Shown: positions 36,288 through 49,943, numbered from the whole stretch's first letter. The stretch is DNA of 63,855 nt, filler included, from Octopus bimaculoides (GCF_001194135.2; 6 parts of 6 records of this genome joined end to end with filler, not necessarily neighbours in it), one strand, 5' to 3'. Made by a program: numbers and translations. Notes: generated by a model not told the origin, from the sequence alone.

Positions 36288-36685
36288 TTTTAGGTCTCAG
36301 GCATTTTCAATTTCCACAATTTATTTTTTTCACTCCACCCTAGATTACACCAGCTCTATATAAACGCACACACATACATGTGTGTTAGAGTGGAGTGAAA
36401 ATAATGAGTTGTAGAAATTGAAAATGCATGAGGCCTAAAATCTTGCTATATATTTTTACTAGAAAAATGCTAAATTTTCGCTTAGACTAGTGAAGGGCAT
36501 TTACTCCCTGAAACCTTCCAAACTCCGCTATTGGAGAAAAAAAATTAATCCCCCATTTTCAGAGTTTAGGGAACGTAAATGTCTGTGATTGATCTCAGTG
36601 GAAATTTAGCCTTTTTCTAGTAATCAAATATAGCAACATTTTAGCCCTCAGGCATTTTCAATTTCTACATTTTTTTTCACTGCGC
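36288..36685. repeat. Compound inverted repeats
   Basis: IR 36288-36440, IR 36456-36623, and a third copy of arm 1 at 36641-36685. Confidence 0.7.
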
Positions 36686-37016
36686 TCTATTATTCACCCA
36701 CTAATCGAAAAATAGCTTGTAGAACCTATTTTCATCAATAAACTATTACCATAAATAACGGGTTGGGTATAAAGATGGGAACTGAACAGAAAAACAGGAC
36801 AGGACATTGAACAGTGTAACGGTAAACAGAAACTGGGGATATCCCCTGCTTTCCAGGTATTAACAGTCAACTCATTTATCATGTATATATATATATATNN
36901 NNNNNNNNNNNNNNNNNNNNNNNNNNNNNNNNNNNNNNNNNNTTAATTAATTAANNNNNNNNNNNNNNNNNNNNNNNNNNNNNNNNNNNNNNNNNNNNTA
37001 TATACACATACACATA

Positions 37017-37730
37017 CACATCTGCGCTATCTAGTCGATCCTACAACAACTATCTAGCGCAAATGCACATATGTGCAAAACATATATGAGGGTTTTTTTT
37101 AAAACAAAGTAAATCATTTTTTTTTAAACAAAGTAAATAAAACTCAAAGTAAATAATTATTTTTTTGTTGAATCTTCTACATCTTACTCTTCAAATGTTT
37201 TACGTTGTTCCAGGGTGTATTTTGGTGTCACATATATTTCAGTAATCCCATTGTACGCACTCCAACAATCAGAGTATATAGTTGTCCCTGGTTTGATAAA
37301 TTTTTTAATAAGTGGTAGAAAAGTTTCAGAAGGACGGTCAGGTACAAAGACTAAAAACCTATTTTTATCCTCTCTATCCCACCCTCCGTTGTATTTGTGC
37401 TTGCACATCATAGATTCATCTATTTCTATGATGTGCCCAAGTCCACCAATTTGGTAGGGGTTACGCAAAAGATAATTACTTGTAATGTCCGTCATGTACT
37501 GATACCATTGAACAACAGTAGATTTTGAAAGACCGACTTTTTAATGGACTCTTTACCAAAAACAGGTAGTGTATGATTTATTTACTTTGTTAAAATAAAT
37601 TATTTACTTTGTGTAAAAAAATTATTTCCTTTGTTTAGAAAAAAACCCTCATGCATGTTTTGCGCATGACGCGCACTTGCGCTAGGTAGTCGTAGGACCA
37701 ATTAGTCACAACTCGCTAGTGCGGATGCAC
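37017..37730 (-). mobile_element. Merlin (IS1595/IS1016-like) DNA transposon, internally deleted, with long TIRs
   Basis: ORF 37184-37495 has IIEIDES..KHKYNGG..VPDR..T.LPLIKKFIKPGTTIYSDCWSAYNGI; ~140-bp imperfect TIRs with subrepeats. Confidence 0.85.
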
Positions 37731-37778
37731 ACACCAGGACCACTCTTCTTGAATAGTACCCACATGTGTATATATATG

Positions 37779-37809
<31 letters not shown>

Positions 37810-37814
37810 GTATA

Positions 37815-38000
37815 TGTGTAAACATAAAAGCACCCACTACACTCTCGGAGTGGTTGGCATTAGGAAAGGCATCCAGCTGTTGAAACTCTGCCAGATCAGA
37901 TTGGAGCCTGGTGCAGCCTTCTGGCTTACCAGTCCTCAGTCAAATTGTCCAGCCCATGCTAGCATGGAAAGCGGACGTTAAACGATGATGATGATGATGA
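37815..38000 (+). mobile_element. Family E copy, well preserved
   Basis: GGCATTAGGAAAGGCATCCAGCTG..AGCATGGAAAGCGGACGTTAAACGATGATG. Confidence 0.8.
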
Positions 38001-38983
38001 CAATGTTCTTGTTAACATAGGCTTAGTCTCATTTTTTCTGTGTTGGTAATTGTGTTGCATTGAAATAAATATGCTTGCAACCTTAATTTCTTTTGGATCT
38101 CGACATGATCTACATTTGTATCACATGGGATGGACTTCAGAATAAAAACCATAGAATTCATTATTTACAAATAATTAGATAATTAGTATGTGAATATTTA
38201 AATGCTTAAGGTACCATTTGACTGGGATTAGCTGACAATCAAGTGTTTTTTTCTTTGTTTTTTTTTCTTTTTTTTAAAAATGGAGTTGAGAAGTCAGTTA
38301 TACAGGTTTGTATTGATTACTAGTATCCTTGAAAAAGAATCAGAAATCAATATCTGACTTCTTATAGCATTATTTTAACAATAGAAGCTTTATTGTGTAT
38401 AATATTCTTATGTATTTATTACTTTGTCCAATGAAATTTTTTATAAGTATTTTTATCATCAAAAATAAGATAAAAATACTCATAAAAAATTTCAAAAATA
38501 AGATATAAAAAAATAAAGGCATGAAATTAACTGAAAATTACTGAATATTAATTTATTGTCTATTAAAACAAACGGCAAAATTGGAATTTTTTTTATAATC
38601 TCATTTAATATTTTCATAATTCTATTTTCCTGGATATAATCTTAACAGCAGAACTTCAAAGAGAATGTAAAATCAATACATTTCAATTGTCTTTTCTTGT
38701 GTACAAAGTCCAACTGTAACTCTTATTATCAGTTTCTCTCTATTTATTTTATTTCTAGTTTTAATCATGTTAATTTCTGAACTAGATCAAGTAACAATGG
38801 CCTCTTAAGGCCTCTCAGTAATAGAAGATTATTGCATTGTTCCCCATCTCAACAAATTATTGTTTTTTAAGCTGAACTTTGGTTTTTAAACTAAGGAGAT
38901 TAATATGTTAACATGAATGGGGAATATAACATGGGTCGTGTATTAGCGTGTGTATATATAAAAAAGAATGAAATAAAGAGACC

Positions 38984-39201
38984 AGTGGCATAAGTAAATT
39001 TATATTATATGTAGAATGTCTTACAGCTGTTTCAGGGAAAATTCAATGTATCTCTTCATAAGGATTATTACATCTGTAATAATTACAGATGTAATAATCC
39101 TTATCTTCTACTATTACCGTCTCCGATGAAGGGATACATTGAATTTTCCCTGAAATAGCTGTAAGACATTCTACATATAATATAAATTTACTTATGCCAC
39201 T
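38984..39201. mobile_element. Nested palindrome carrying a hammerhead-like core (Penelope pLTR-like)
   Basis: Outer arms ~77 bp; inner perfect 21-bp hairpin 39060-39102; + strand GTCT-CCGATGA-AGGGA..TCCCT-GAAA-TAGCTGT-A-AGAC; the opposite arm keeps GAAACAGCTGT. Confidence 0.7.
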
Positions 39202-40014
39202 NNNNNNNNNNNNNNNNNNNNNNNNNNNNNNNNNNNNNNNNNNNNNNNNNNNNNNNNNNNNNNNNNNNNNNNNNNNNNNNNNNNNNNNNNNNNNNNNNNN
39301 NNNNNNNNNNNNNNNNNNNNNNNNNNNNNNNNNNNNNNNNNNNNNNNNNNNNNNNNNNNATATATATATATATATATATATATAGCCTCTGAGTGTTAGA
39401 TGTCTTCAGGCAGGGAAAATTTTGTTTTTATCCCAAACCATATAATAATAATAATAATAATGATAATGGATTCCTTGTAAGATTTTTATCAGATTCCTTT
39501 GCTGTTTGTTATGTCTTAGTTTACAGATAATATTTTCTATGCCAGGTTGTAGACTCAGTCAATAAAAAAGTTCAATTTTCTTCTACTGTCCACCCATCCA
39601 AGCCATCTCTCCCAAAGGAGGGAAGTTCTGTACCCTTAGTTGATGCTAATTCCTTGGACAAAACTGATGTAAGTGCTCAGCTATCACTTTTCTCTTGGCT
39701 GCCACCACCATCACTGCATGCAAGTCTCTGTTGGTTACTGAATAATTCTGTTCCAATTCCCAGCAATGCAACCAAACAAACACAGCTTCTGAATATTAAG
39801 CTTCTTTTCATATGCGTGTGTGTGTGTGTGTGTGTGTTTGTTTGTGTGCGTGTGTGCAGTCTGCTTTTATATAACATCCTTTATGGTATTGTTACCTCCA
39901 CATCTTTAATACCTTGACATTCTCTTGAGTTTCTCTGGTTTTCAATTTTCTGTTTTTATTTAGCAAGGTTTCATGGAGCTGTGCATATCTTTAACTAAAC
40001 CAGCACTCTGTCAG

Positions 40015-40312
40015 TTATGATGATGATGGCTTCTGGTGATCCAGTCAATGAAACAACCTGCTTTGTAAAATTAACATGCGAACTCCACAGACACATGTAC
40101 CCTTAATATAGTTCTCAAGGAGATTCAGCATGACACAAAATGTGACAAGACTGGCCCTTTGAATTACAGGTGCAACTCAATTTTGCCTGCTGAGTGGACT
40201 GGAGCAGCTTGAAATAAAGTGTCTTGCTCAAGGACACAACATGTCACCAGAAATCAAACTCACAACCTTCCAATTGTGAGCTGACTATCCTAACCACTAA
40301 GCCACCTGCCTT
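40015..40312 (-). mobile_element. SINE family D
   Basis: Similar to 22070-22405. Confidence 0.75.
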
Positions 40313-40879
40313 CACAAATATCTTTAACTGTAGGGTATTTATTATTATAAATTCTTCAGTTTTTCTCCATCTCATGGCAAAAATGACTATTTCTCTAGTA
40401 TTGTGAACAAAAGACATGTATTTTATTTCATGCACAATTTTATTCTGAGTAAAGAACATTTATCACTTTGTTTCTTTTTATTTTATTAAATATAAGAAAA
40501 GCAAATAAGAGATGACATTCTTTTTCTCCATTGGCATTTATGCACTGAAAATTCTTTTAGATTGTATAAACTGACACCATGATTGCCACGTGACAATGTT
40601 CATTAAGTAATGTATTTTATGTAAAACAGAAGTTATCAACATCGCACATGGCTTCTAACACAGAATGTTATTAATGTGCCACCTAGTTCATTGTTAGCAA
40701 TGAGTTAGATTCAAGATTTGAAATAACTTTCTCTTTATATTCACCACTCCATGTAGATATTCTGATATATTCATCAATCATATAGTATGTATGTTAATTT
40801 TTACAGAATTGTTAACTATTATATGTAATATAATAGAATTTATAGAAGTTAATTTTTAATATAGAATAAAGATAGTCAC

Positions 40880-41140
40880 CTGTGGACTCTAGTGGTGCAC
40901 GTTCTAGGCTTCATAGGGCCAGTTACCCAGTTTCCATTGGATGTAAGTGACCAAGGTCACCACACTCCCCCCTGACTGAATGGGATGTCAGTCAGCTGCA
41001 GGGTTACTCATTTACAGCTGAGTGAGCTTGAGCAGTGTGAAATAAAGTGTTTTACTCGAGAACACAATCAAAGAACGCAATCCAGGAATCAAAATTGTGC
41101 TCTTGTCATCATAAGTGCAACACTCGGTCTGCTAGGCTTC
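40880..41140 (-). mobile_element. SINE family D-like, degraded
   Basis: TACAGCTGAGTGAGCTTGAGCAGTGTGAAATAAAGTGT. Confidence 0.5.
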
Positions 41141-41869
41141 ATGCTGTAAAGAATGAAAAATTAAAAACCTTGAACACCTGCTCTTCACCTGAGATGTTTA
41201 TAGATAGAGAAACTTTTACCACTTTGGTCACTGCATGACAAGTAAAAAGATTAAATGTTGCTGACAGGGCAACCATCAGTTTGACTGCCATCGATATCTT
41301 TGGATTTCAGATTTTAACTTGCATAAATTTTTTTTTTGTTTTTGTTTTTTGTTGTTTTTTTTTGCTTCAGAAATTACATTTATTTGTTCAAAGCTGACAA
41401 TTCATCCATCACTACTCAGTTTCTCATTAAATCTTTGTACATGACCATAAGATAAATAGACAAAGTGGTTTAGAAAATTCAGGAACACAAAGTATGGAGC
41501 TATGTTGAATTATGAAACCTTTCATTGCTTGACTTTGGTTAGGTGATAATGGTTTGAGCAACCAATGTAATGCTATTAGGCCGTTAATGGGTTGGAGGTT
41601 TCTCTATAGAATTTATCAGTTTAGAAATCACTTAACTTTGAGTGAAGGTGATACTATTGTATGGGAGTTAGTGATCAACTATACATGTAGGGCTGTACAG
41701 ATGAAAATTACTGCTGTGTTGGTATGTCTAAAATGCTTATGGCCAATGGTCACTAAAAGTAGTAGTAGTAGTAGTACAGAGTTACCTAGTTTTAAATTGA
41801 ACATTTTTTAGTGGGAATTTGTTCATATGCCTACACATAGGCATAGTTTTGGATGTAATATTTCTTTCC

Positions 41870-42520
41870 TAGACATATATTGTACTTCTCTTACCCACTG
41901 AAATATGGAGTTTCAATTTCAACAATACTCCAGTTCATAGAAGTGTCTTTCATTTCACTATCTTTCAGTTTCCTGATATATTGAGATAGGTTAAGTTCTA
42001 GTTCTTGATGTAAAGTAATGAGAGTGGTGTGAATCCCAAAGTTTTTAATGAATTCTCTGTGAGCTCTCTTTCTCTCTCTCTCTCTCTCACACACACACAT
42101 ATTTTTCCAGTATATAAGTGCCTTTGTGTGACATTTGGTATTAAGTTGGCAGGCTGTAATGTTGCTGCTATTGCATTGTGGTATTTGGATTGGGTGTTTT
42201 TCTGTGACTTTGGTTATAGTGGGATACTTGGGTCATGATGCTTTCGAAACAAGTGTAGCTGACTTTAACATTATTCTTATTGAAAAGCTTACAAGCATTT
42301 ATGTTGTAGAAAAATGTTTCCAGGAAATTACTAGCTAAGCTCATATTGTAGGGAGTGATGTTTTTAAACACAATAGCACTAGGAAAACAAAATTTTTTTT
42401 TCCTAGTGTTATTGATTTGTAGAGGGTTGCTCCACATATTCTAGTTTTTCTTTTATTGTAAATAGCAAGTGACTTTGTGTATGTTTGAGTATGTAAATAT
42501 GTGTGTGTGTAAAAGTTACT
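41870..42520 (-). mobile_element. Penelope-like element fragment (type 1; linker plus GIY-YIG part)
   Basis: FKNITPYNMSLA..KLFNKNNVKVSY; LSQYIRKLKD..NWSIV..TPY.SG. Confidence 0.7.
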
Positions 42521-43599
42521 TGATGAACATCTGAGCAAATAGATTGTTTTATCATAGTAAAAAATATTTAAAACTTTGTGTTATAAAGCATTCTTCCTAT
42601 TTGCAAATTGATAACTTTGGGCTTGTATTCTGTAGGCAGGAGGGATCCCATTCATACAATGAAAGTGGTGGTGAGGGTTATAAGGTAATACCTGGAGACA
42701 AATCTAGCTGGACTTTATGGTGTGTATTAGTTTATTTCCAAGTGAATTATGGTAAACAAGTATCAAATATTATCATGAAAAAGTTAAAGAGAAGCAGAAC
42801 TATGAGCTCTTGTCTGTGGGAGACCAGCAGAGCTTTAGAACCATATAGAAATACATTGGTTAGTAAATTTAATGTGATGCATTCTGGATATTGCTCTATG
42901 TTACACATAGCTAGCACTTCACTACATCGTGTGCAGGCCGACATATATACTTGGTACAAAACCTGGAAGTGGGTTTTAGCTTGTATATAACTACTTCAGT
43001 GTTGGATCTCTATTTATCACTACCATGTTGGAGCCTATACTTGGTCATTCCTAATACAAATACCAGCCAAATCGTTCTCAAATTACCCCCCCCCCCCNNN
43101 NNNNNNNNNCGGTGTCTTGATATAGAAAAGGTACATCAAATAATGTAATCCTAGATTCCCTGAAATATAATTGTGATTGTCATGGCCAGAATGCCTTTGA
43201 TTATAAATTTGTGTGACTGGAGCTGACTTAGGCTAAACAATACCAACTACTAACTTTGCAAGTCTTCAAGGGAACTCTATATAGTGACTCAACCTGCTAG
43301 AAATAGCAGCCAAATCTTTGTATATCTTACCAGCTTAAATGAAAGGACACATTGGATAATTTAGTCCGGAATACACCATGCCTTAAAAAATTGGATGGTC
43401 ACTGCTGGAATGCTTTTAATTAGTTTTGCTTGATGAGAACTGACTTGGAGATAAACAACAATGATAATGAACCCCTGTGTGGTTACTTGAACTGCTAGAA
43501 ATAGCAACCAAATACCCCACCCTGTTTTATCCTTAAAATAGGATACCTTGAACAATGTAGACAAATATACAAAAGAAGTGGTTTAATCTTTTTGTATTC

Positions 43600-44080
43600 A
43601 GACTGGTTATATCAGGCGTAAATATTCTACCTGTTTTATGTTCAATCCAACCTCCCACTCCTACCCTGCAGTGTCATTTTAAAAATAAGCAATCACACCA
43701 TGAAAATCTCAAAGCTATGAGATATGAATGACTAATTCAAAGCAATGTGAATAAATAAGAATTAAATTTGATTCTCGGACTGAGCTGTGTTGTGTTCAAG
43801 ACACTTTATTTCATGTCGTTCCAGTTCACTCAGCTGTAGAAATGAGTTGCAACATCACTGGTGCAAAGCTGTGTTGGCCTTTGCCTTTCCCTTGGATAAC
43901 ATCGGTGGCCTAGAGAGGGGAGGCTGGTATGCACGGGCGACTGCTGGTCTTCCATAAACAACCTTGTTTGGACTTGTGTCTTGGAAGGTAACTTTCTAGG
44001 TGCAATCTCATAGTCATTCATGACCAAAGGGAGTCTTTACCCTATACATTTGACAATAATCTGAATACTAAAGTGTTAAC
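43600..44080. mobile_element. piggyBac-type MITE family 2 split by a SINE-like insert (43770-44040)
   Basis: MITE body to ~43765 resumes as ACATTTGACAATAATCTGAATACTAAAGTG|TTAA. Confidence 0.55.
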
Positions 44081-45610
44081 TACAGCTTGAATGCCCTTGT
44101 TCAATAGGCCGCTTTGATCTTTTTTGAATTTAGGTGTGCTTAGTTGCCTAGCCACTACAATTTGAATATGATTATAAAAGATCTTTCTAGTTTACACTAG
44201 AATCAGAAGCAATAAACCAGTTTGTATAACTAAAGAGACAGTTTTATTGCAAAAATTCTATTGAGCTATAAACAAATTAAAAACTGAAAGATTGTTAGTT
44301 GACCTTTTGACAGATTTACTATTGTATTTTCTTATTCATTCTCTTTGATGTTAAGAATTCTTTTACATGATTTGCAAGATTCATTATGTGACTTTGTCAG
44401 TTGAAACAAATTTTTTTTTGTGTAGGTAGTTACAACACTACAAAATATACATATATGCAAGCTTAAAAGCCACACTCCATACAGACTTTTAAGCCAGCTC
44501 CTACAGAGGGTTAATTGGGCCTGCAGCCCAAAACTAATGAGAACTAAATAGCAAGACTATAATGCGTGAATAATGACTATATGCCCCGGTGATGTTTGAT
44601 CAGAGAACAGATGATAATTAATTCTGTAATGCAATCATTCCAAAGCTGAATTCTAACTGTTTATCCCAATGTTCCGATCTTGATGTAAAATGAACGAGGC
44701 AAATGTCATTTATCTCCCCCTTGATCTCTGATGTCCTCTGACAAACGCCAACCAAAATGGTGTGTCAAAACTGGGTGCATAAATATACACATGCATGCAA
44801 AACTATATGAGTGTGTCTGTTCACCCACATATAGAACTATATACTTGCACATGCTGCTCCTTCCTATCCCCCCACACACAACCTGACTCATTTCCTAATC
44901 ATCACATGGTCTATTTCCTATCCTCGACATGGTCAATTTCCTGTCCTTCATGTGGTCAATTTCCTGTTCACCATGCAGTATTTTCCAACTAACTGTTATC
45001 CATATACCAACATCAAACCACAACACTGCATGACTTTCCTTGACCAATTGCAGCCCACCTTTACAGCCTTGTGTATAAGTGACTTGGTATTATTCCACAA
45101 ACATTTTTATCCAGAAAATAGCCCTTCTAGCATAATGAGCATGAGCTAGTATGTGGCAAAGTTAGGTCTTTCGAATTACAGACACTAACAAGCTTCCGCA
45201 GTTTCTGCACCTTCCAGTTTCATTCACAAATTTCAGAAAAGTACGAAATATGTATATGCATGTAGCCAAGAAATAGGGTTAGTCGGCGATCCTTCGGTAC
45301 AAGTTCTCTAAATGCCAAACTTGTAGTCAGCTTTACCTGCTGATTGGCAACCAGTAGTGAGCTGGTCAACATGTCTTTGTTTACATCAATTCGGCAATTT
45401 CCGTATAGAAAGAGGGAAAGGGCGTTAGTCAGCAGACAGCAATCACTCGCTTTCTCTCTCTCTTTTTCTCTCTCTCTCTTTCTCTCTCTCTCTTTTTCTC
45501 TCTCTCTCTCTTAAAAACACGTCACTTATCACTTGATTTCGCTCTCTCTCTCTCTCTCTCATTCATTTTCTACAAACCTTTAAAAAATGAACAAAGACTT
45601 TAAATAAACA

Positions 45611-45731
45611 TACTCTTTTACTTGTTTCATTCATTTGACTGCGGCCATGCTGGAGCAGCGCCTTTAGTCGAGCAAATCGACCCCAGGACTTATTCTTTGT
45701 AAGCCTAGTACTTATTCTATCGGTCTCTTTT
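45611..45731 (-). mobile_element. SINE family A 3' part (cut by gap)
   Basis: Nearly identical to 2379-2500. Confidence 0.8.
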
Positions 45732-45831
45732 NNNNNNNNNNNNNNNNNNNNNNNNNNNNNNNNNNNNNNNNNNNNTTAATTAATTAANNNNNNNNNNNNN
45801 NNNNNNNNNNNNNNNNNNNNNNNNNNNNNNN

Positions 45832-46741
45832 ATCCAACGACTGATCCGTTGGATGTCTGACGTTTGGCACTTCCTCAGGAAGGGCTTCCATTAGAGCAAA
45901 TGACCAAAAAACACAATTATCGATCAGATCAGATTATTAAAAATTATTTAACGATACTGTTCTTTCCGCCATACTGTCTTGATTATGATATACAGGGGAG
46001 GTAACTCCTGAATCTTTTCTATTGTTACCGCTCTCCTGTGAATGTCTACTAGATTAATTTATTTGAATTATTTATTTATTTATTAATTTATTTATTAATT
46101 AATGACTATTGATTATCCACGATAGGTGGATTATTTTTGTTGCCCCTGGGAGGCTATCATTGCTATTATTTTATTTTACATTAATACTGTGTCTCATTAT
46201 TGGGCTAAGAGAATTTTATCCAGAGATCGTTGCTCCTAGGAATCTTTTCAAATCTTAGTATAAAACCCATAGCAAATCATGATAATATATTGAAATATTA
46301 TTGAATATATCAGTGATGGAGCTTGAAAAGATTCCTAGGAGCAAGGATTTCTGGATAAAATTCTCTTAGCCCAATAATGAGACACAGTATTAATGTAAAA
46401 TAAAATAATAGCAATGATAGCCTCCCAGGGGCAACAAAAATAATCCATCTATCGGGAATAATCAATAGTCATTAATTAATAAATAAATTAATAAATAAAT
46501 TAATAAATAAATAAATAAATAAAATAGACATTCACAGGAGAGCGGTAACAATAGAAAAGATTAAGGAGTTAACCCCCCTGTATATCATAATCAAGACAGC
46601 ATGGCGGAAAGAACGGTATAGTTAAATAATTTTTAATAATCTGTTCTGACCGATAATTGTGTTTTTTGGTCATTTGTTCTAATGGAATCCATTCCTGAGG
46701 AAGTGCCAAACGTCAGACATCCAACGGATCACTCGTTGGAT
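45832..46741. repeat. Long inverted repeat, ~420-bp arms, ~70-bp spacer
   Basis: 45832-46250 is the reverse complement of 46322-46741, with scattered mismatches. Confidence 0.92.
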
Positions 46742-47411
46742 AGAGTTGAGCACAGAAATGTTGACATCGTTTGGTAAATAATTAAATAAATGGAATAAAA
46801 ATCGATCGAGTTGAAAATCTCTATCCTTTTTAAATATACAAATTTGAAACCTTGGAAATATAAACAATGAGAACGATCCTTAAGGAATCTAATCAATGAT
46901 CCTTTGGGGTGAAGTCTTATGCTATATTGGTAACGATTACAAAATTTACTGGAAAATTATATATATATATATATATATATTTATTTATTTATTTATTTAT
47001 TTATTTATATATGTGTATGTATGATGTATGTATGTATATGATTATATATATATANNNNNNNNNNNNNNNNNNNNNNNNNNNNNNNNNNNNNNNNNNNNNN
47101 NNNNNNNNNNNNNNNNNNNNNNNNNNNNNNNNNNNNNNNNNNNNNNNNNNNNNNNNNNNNNNNNNNNNNNNNNNNNNNNNNNNNNNNNNNNNNNNNNNNN
47201 NNNNNNNNNNNNNNNNNNNNNNNNNNNNNNNNNNNNNNNNNNNNNNNNNNNNNNNNNNNNNNNNNNNNNNNNNNNNNNNNNNNNNNNNNNNNNNNNNNNN
47301 NNNNNNNNNNNNNNNNNNNNNNNNNNNNNNNNNNNNNNNNNNNNNNNNNNNNNNNNNNNNNNNNNNNNNNNNNNNNNNNNNNNNNNNNNNNNNNNNNNNN
47401 NNNNNNNNNNN

Positions 47412-48645
47412 TATATATAATATTAGGATAAAGACTTTATAAGAATTTATCAAGTAGTTAGCGTGAAAAAACCTCATAGGGGGGAAAACCCATCATTTTT
47501 TTCCCATAAATATATTTAATTTATATAAGGGCATTACTATACAATAATGCCTCACGCTAAGAGGGACTCCAGAAGTTAAACCTCCCATAATAAACACATT
47601 TTTACCGATCGCGAGGGAATGCAACTTTCTAATTATACTAATTATTCATAATACAATATTCGGATAAAGACTTTATAAGAATTTATCAAGTAGTTAGCGT
47701 GAAAAAACCTCATAGGGGGGAAAACACCCATCATTTTTTCCCCATAAATATATTTAATTTATATAAGGGCATTACTATACAATAATGCCTCACGCTAAGA
47801 GGGGCTCCAGAAGTTAAAACTCCCATAATAAACACATTTTTACCGATCGCGAGGGAATGCAACTTTCAAAGCTAACCTCCTAAAAACTTTTAACTTAACG
47901 GTAAACCATGGTTTCATAATCAACACATCTTTTATTCATTAGTACACGTATGGTCAAGACATAAAAATAAACAAAAATCAACATACTCCGACGAACACTC
48001 CATGTATTCAGCATAGTACATAGACGATTGTTTATATCTATATATCCATGAAAGAGGCGGGCTTTTTAAGTTACATTTCGGCACATGTGCTTTTTCGACA
48101 TAATATTCAGCACTGAATATATTCTAATTATTCATAATACAATATTCGGATAAAGACTTTATAAGAATTTATCAAGTAGTTAGCGTGAAAAAAACTCATA
48201 AGGAGAAAAGAACCATCATTTTTTCACCATAAATATATTTAATTTATATAAGGGCATTACTATACAATAATGCTTCACGCTAATAGGGACTCAAGAAGTC
48301 AAAACTACTATAATAAATGAAAACTACTATAATAAGCACATTTGTATAGGGATAAACAATCGTCTATGTACTATGCTGAATACATGGAGTGTTCGTCGGG
48401 GTATGTTTATTTTTGTTTATTTTTATGTTTTTGACCATACGTGTACTGATGAATAAAAGATGCAGATTACTGCGTTGATTTATGAAACTATTGGTTTAAC
48501 GTTAAGTTAAAAGTTTTTAGGAGGTCAGTTTTGAAAGTTGCATTCCCTCGCGGTCGGTAAAAATGTGCTTATTATAGTAGTTTTGACGTCTGGAGTCCCT
48601 CTTAGCGTGAGGCATTATTGTACAGTAATGCCCTTATATAAATCA
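47412..48645. repeat. Three tandem ~225-bp units plus an inverted copy of 47755-48040
   Basis: GGATAAAGACTTTATAAGAATTTATCAAGTAGTTAGCGTG occurs three times; 48345-48645 is inverted. Confidence 0.9.
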
Positions 48646-48662
48646 TATATATATGCGTGCGT

Positions 48663-48699
<37 letters not shown>

Positions 48700-48849
48700 A
48701 TTTTCTTATTTTATCAGTTTCAGCTAAAAGCTGTGGCCACACTGGGACATTGCCGTTTTGCTACACTGTTATTACTGAGAGCCTCCTTTCAAGCAGCCGA
48801 AATCACTGAAAAAATGTTAACCAGCGCATAACTATATCCATTAACAATG

Positions 48850-49260
48850 AAACCAAAAGTGGAAAAATGCGGACGGCCTAACTGTGGCACATGCCCCTCA
48901 CCGCCAACTTTTTGGAGGGTATCGAGTTTCACTTCGAACAAGGTGAAATATTTAAGATAAAATCAAATTTTACCTGTGCCTCTGAAAACGTAATCTATGC
49001 TATTACCTGCTTAGGGTGAGAAAATCACTATATAGGCTAACCAGGAATATCACTCCGACGAAGAGCAACTCTTCACAAAGAACAAATCCGCTACCCATAA
49101 TATAGACGGATACAGGTCAGTGAGCACACAGAAATATGTGCTAGGAGCCTTAAACCGAACTTCCTAATTTTAACTTACACCTCAGTACAGCACAGATTAA
49201 ATAAAGAGGCAACTTTCATTAATAAATATCATCCACAACCAAACACGAGCACACAACTTA
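48850..49260 (+). mobile_element. Penelope-like element GIY-YIG fragment (type 2)
   Basis: KCGRPNCGTCP..FKIKSNFTCASENVIYAITCLG*ENHYIG..LRRRATLHKEQI..RLNKEATFINKY. Confidence 0.8.
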
Positions 49261-49896
49261 ATACAGGACACTACTAACCTTGCCAATAATCCCACTAATC
49301 TCCATACTTCCCATACACCATTCTTATTCTAGTACTTATATCCACCTTAATTGCGTTACTTCTAGAACTGCTTACCTCCCTTGCATGTAATCTTTTCACA
49401 CAGGTACTATTAGACCCAACACCGTTTGAAATCGATGTTCATTCAAAGTCAGAGATCAACTCTGACGATACCTGTATGACTTTGAATCTCTATAATGATT
49501 CATAATTCCACTTCAAATAATTGTATATATATATATTTGCTTTTCTTTAAAAAAAAAGCGTTTATTTTTTACATCTAATGTGCATTTTCTCTGTTTTCTT
49601 TTTACTTTTCTCCTATTTTTACTACGTGTAGTCTTTTTTCTTTGAAACCTATATATATCTATTATATATATATATATATATATATATNNNNNNNNNNNNN
49701 NNNNNNNNNNNNNNNNNNNNNNNNNNNNNNNNNNNNNNNNNNNNNNNNNNNNNNNNNNNNNNNNNNNNNNNNNNNNNNNNNNNNNNNNNNNNNNNTTTGA
49801 AACCTATATATATATATATATACCTACACTTATATGTAGATATATACGTATATCGGCAATATAACTTATATGTATAAGTATGCACCCAAACTCACA

Positions 49897-49943
<47 letters not shown>

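Noticed and set aside
42544-42990. 148-aa ORF and AG/GT mini-exon at about 42635-42684
   Set aside because: No convincing motif or partner exons; possibly a decayed LINE endonuclease.
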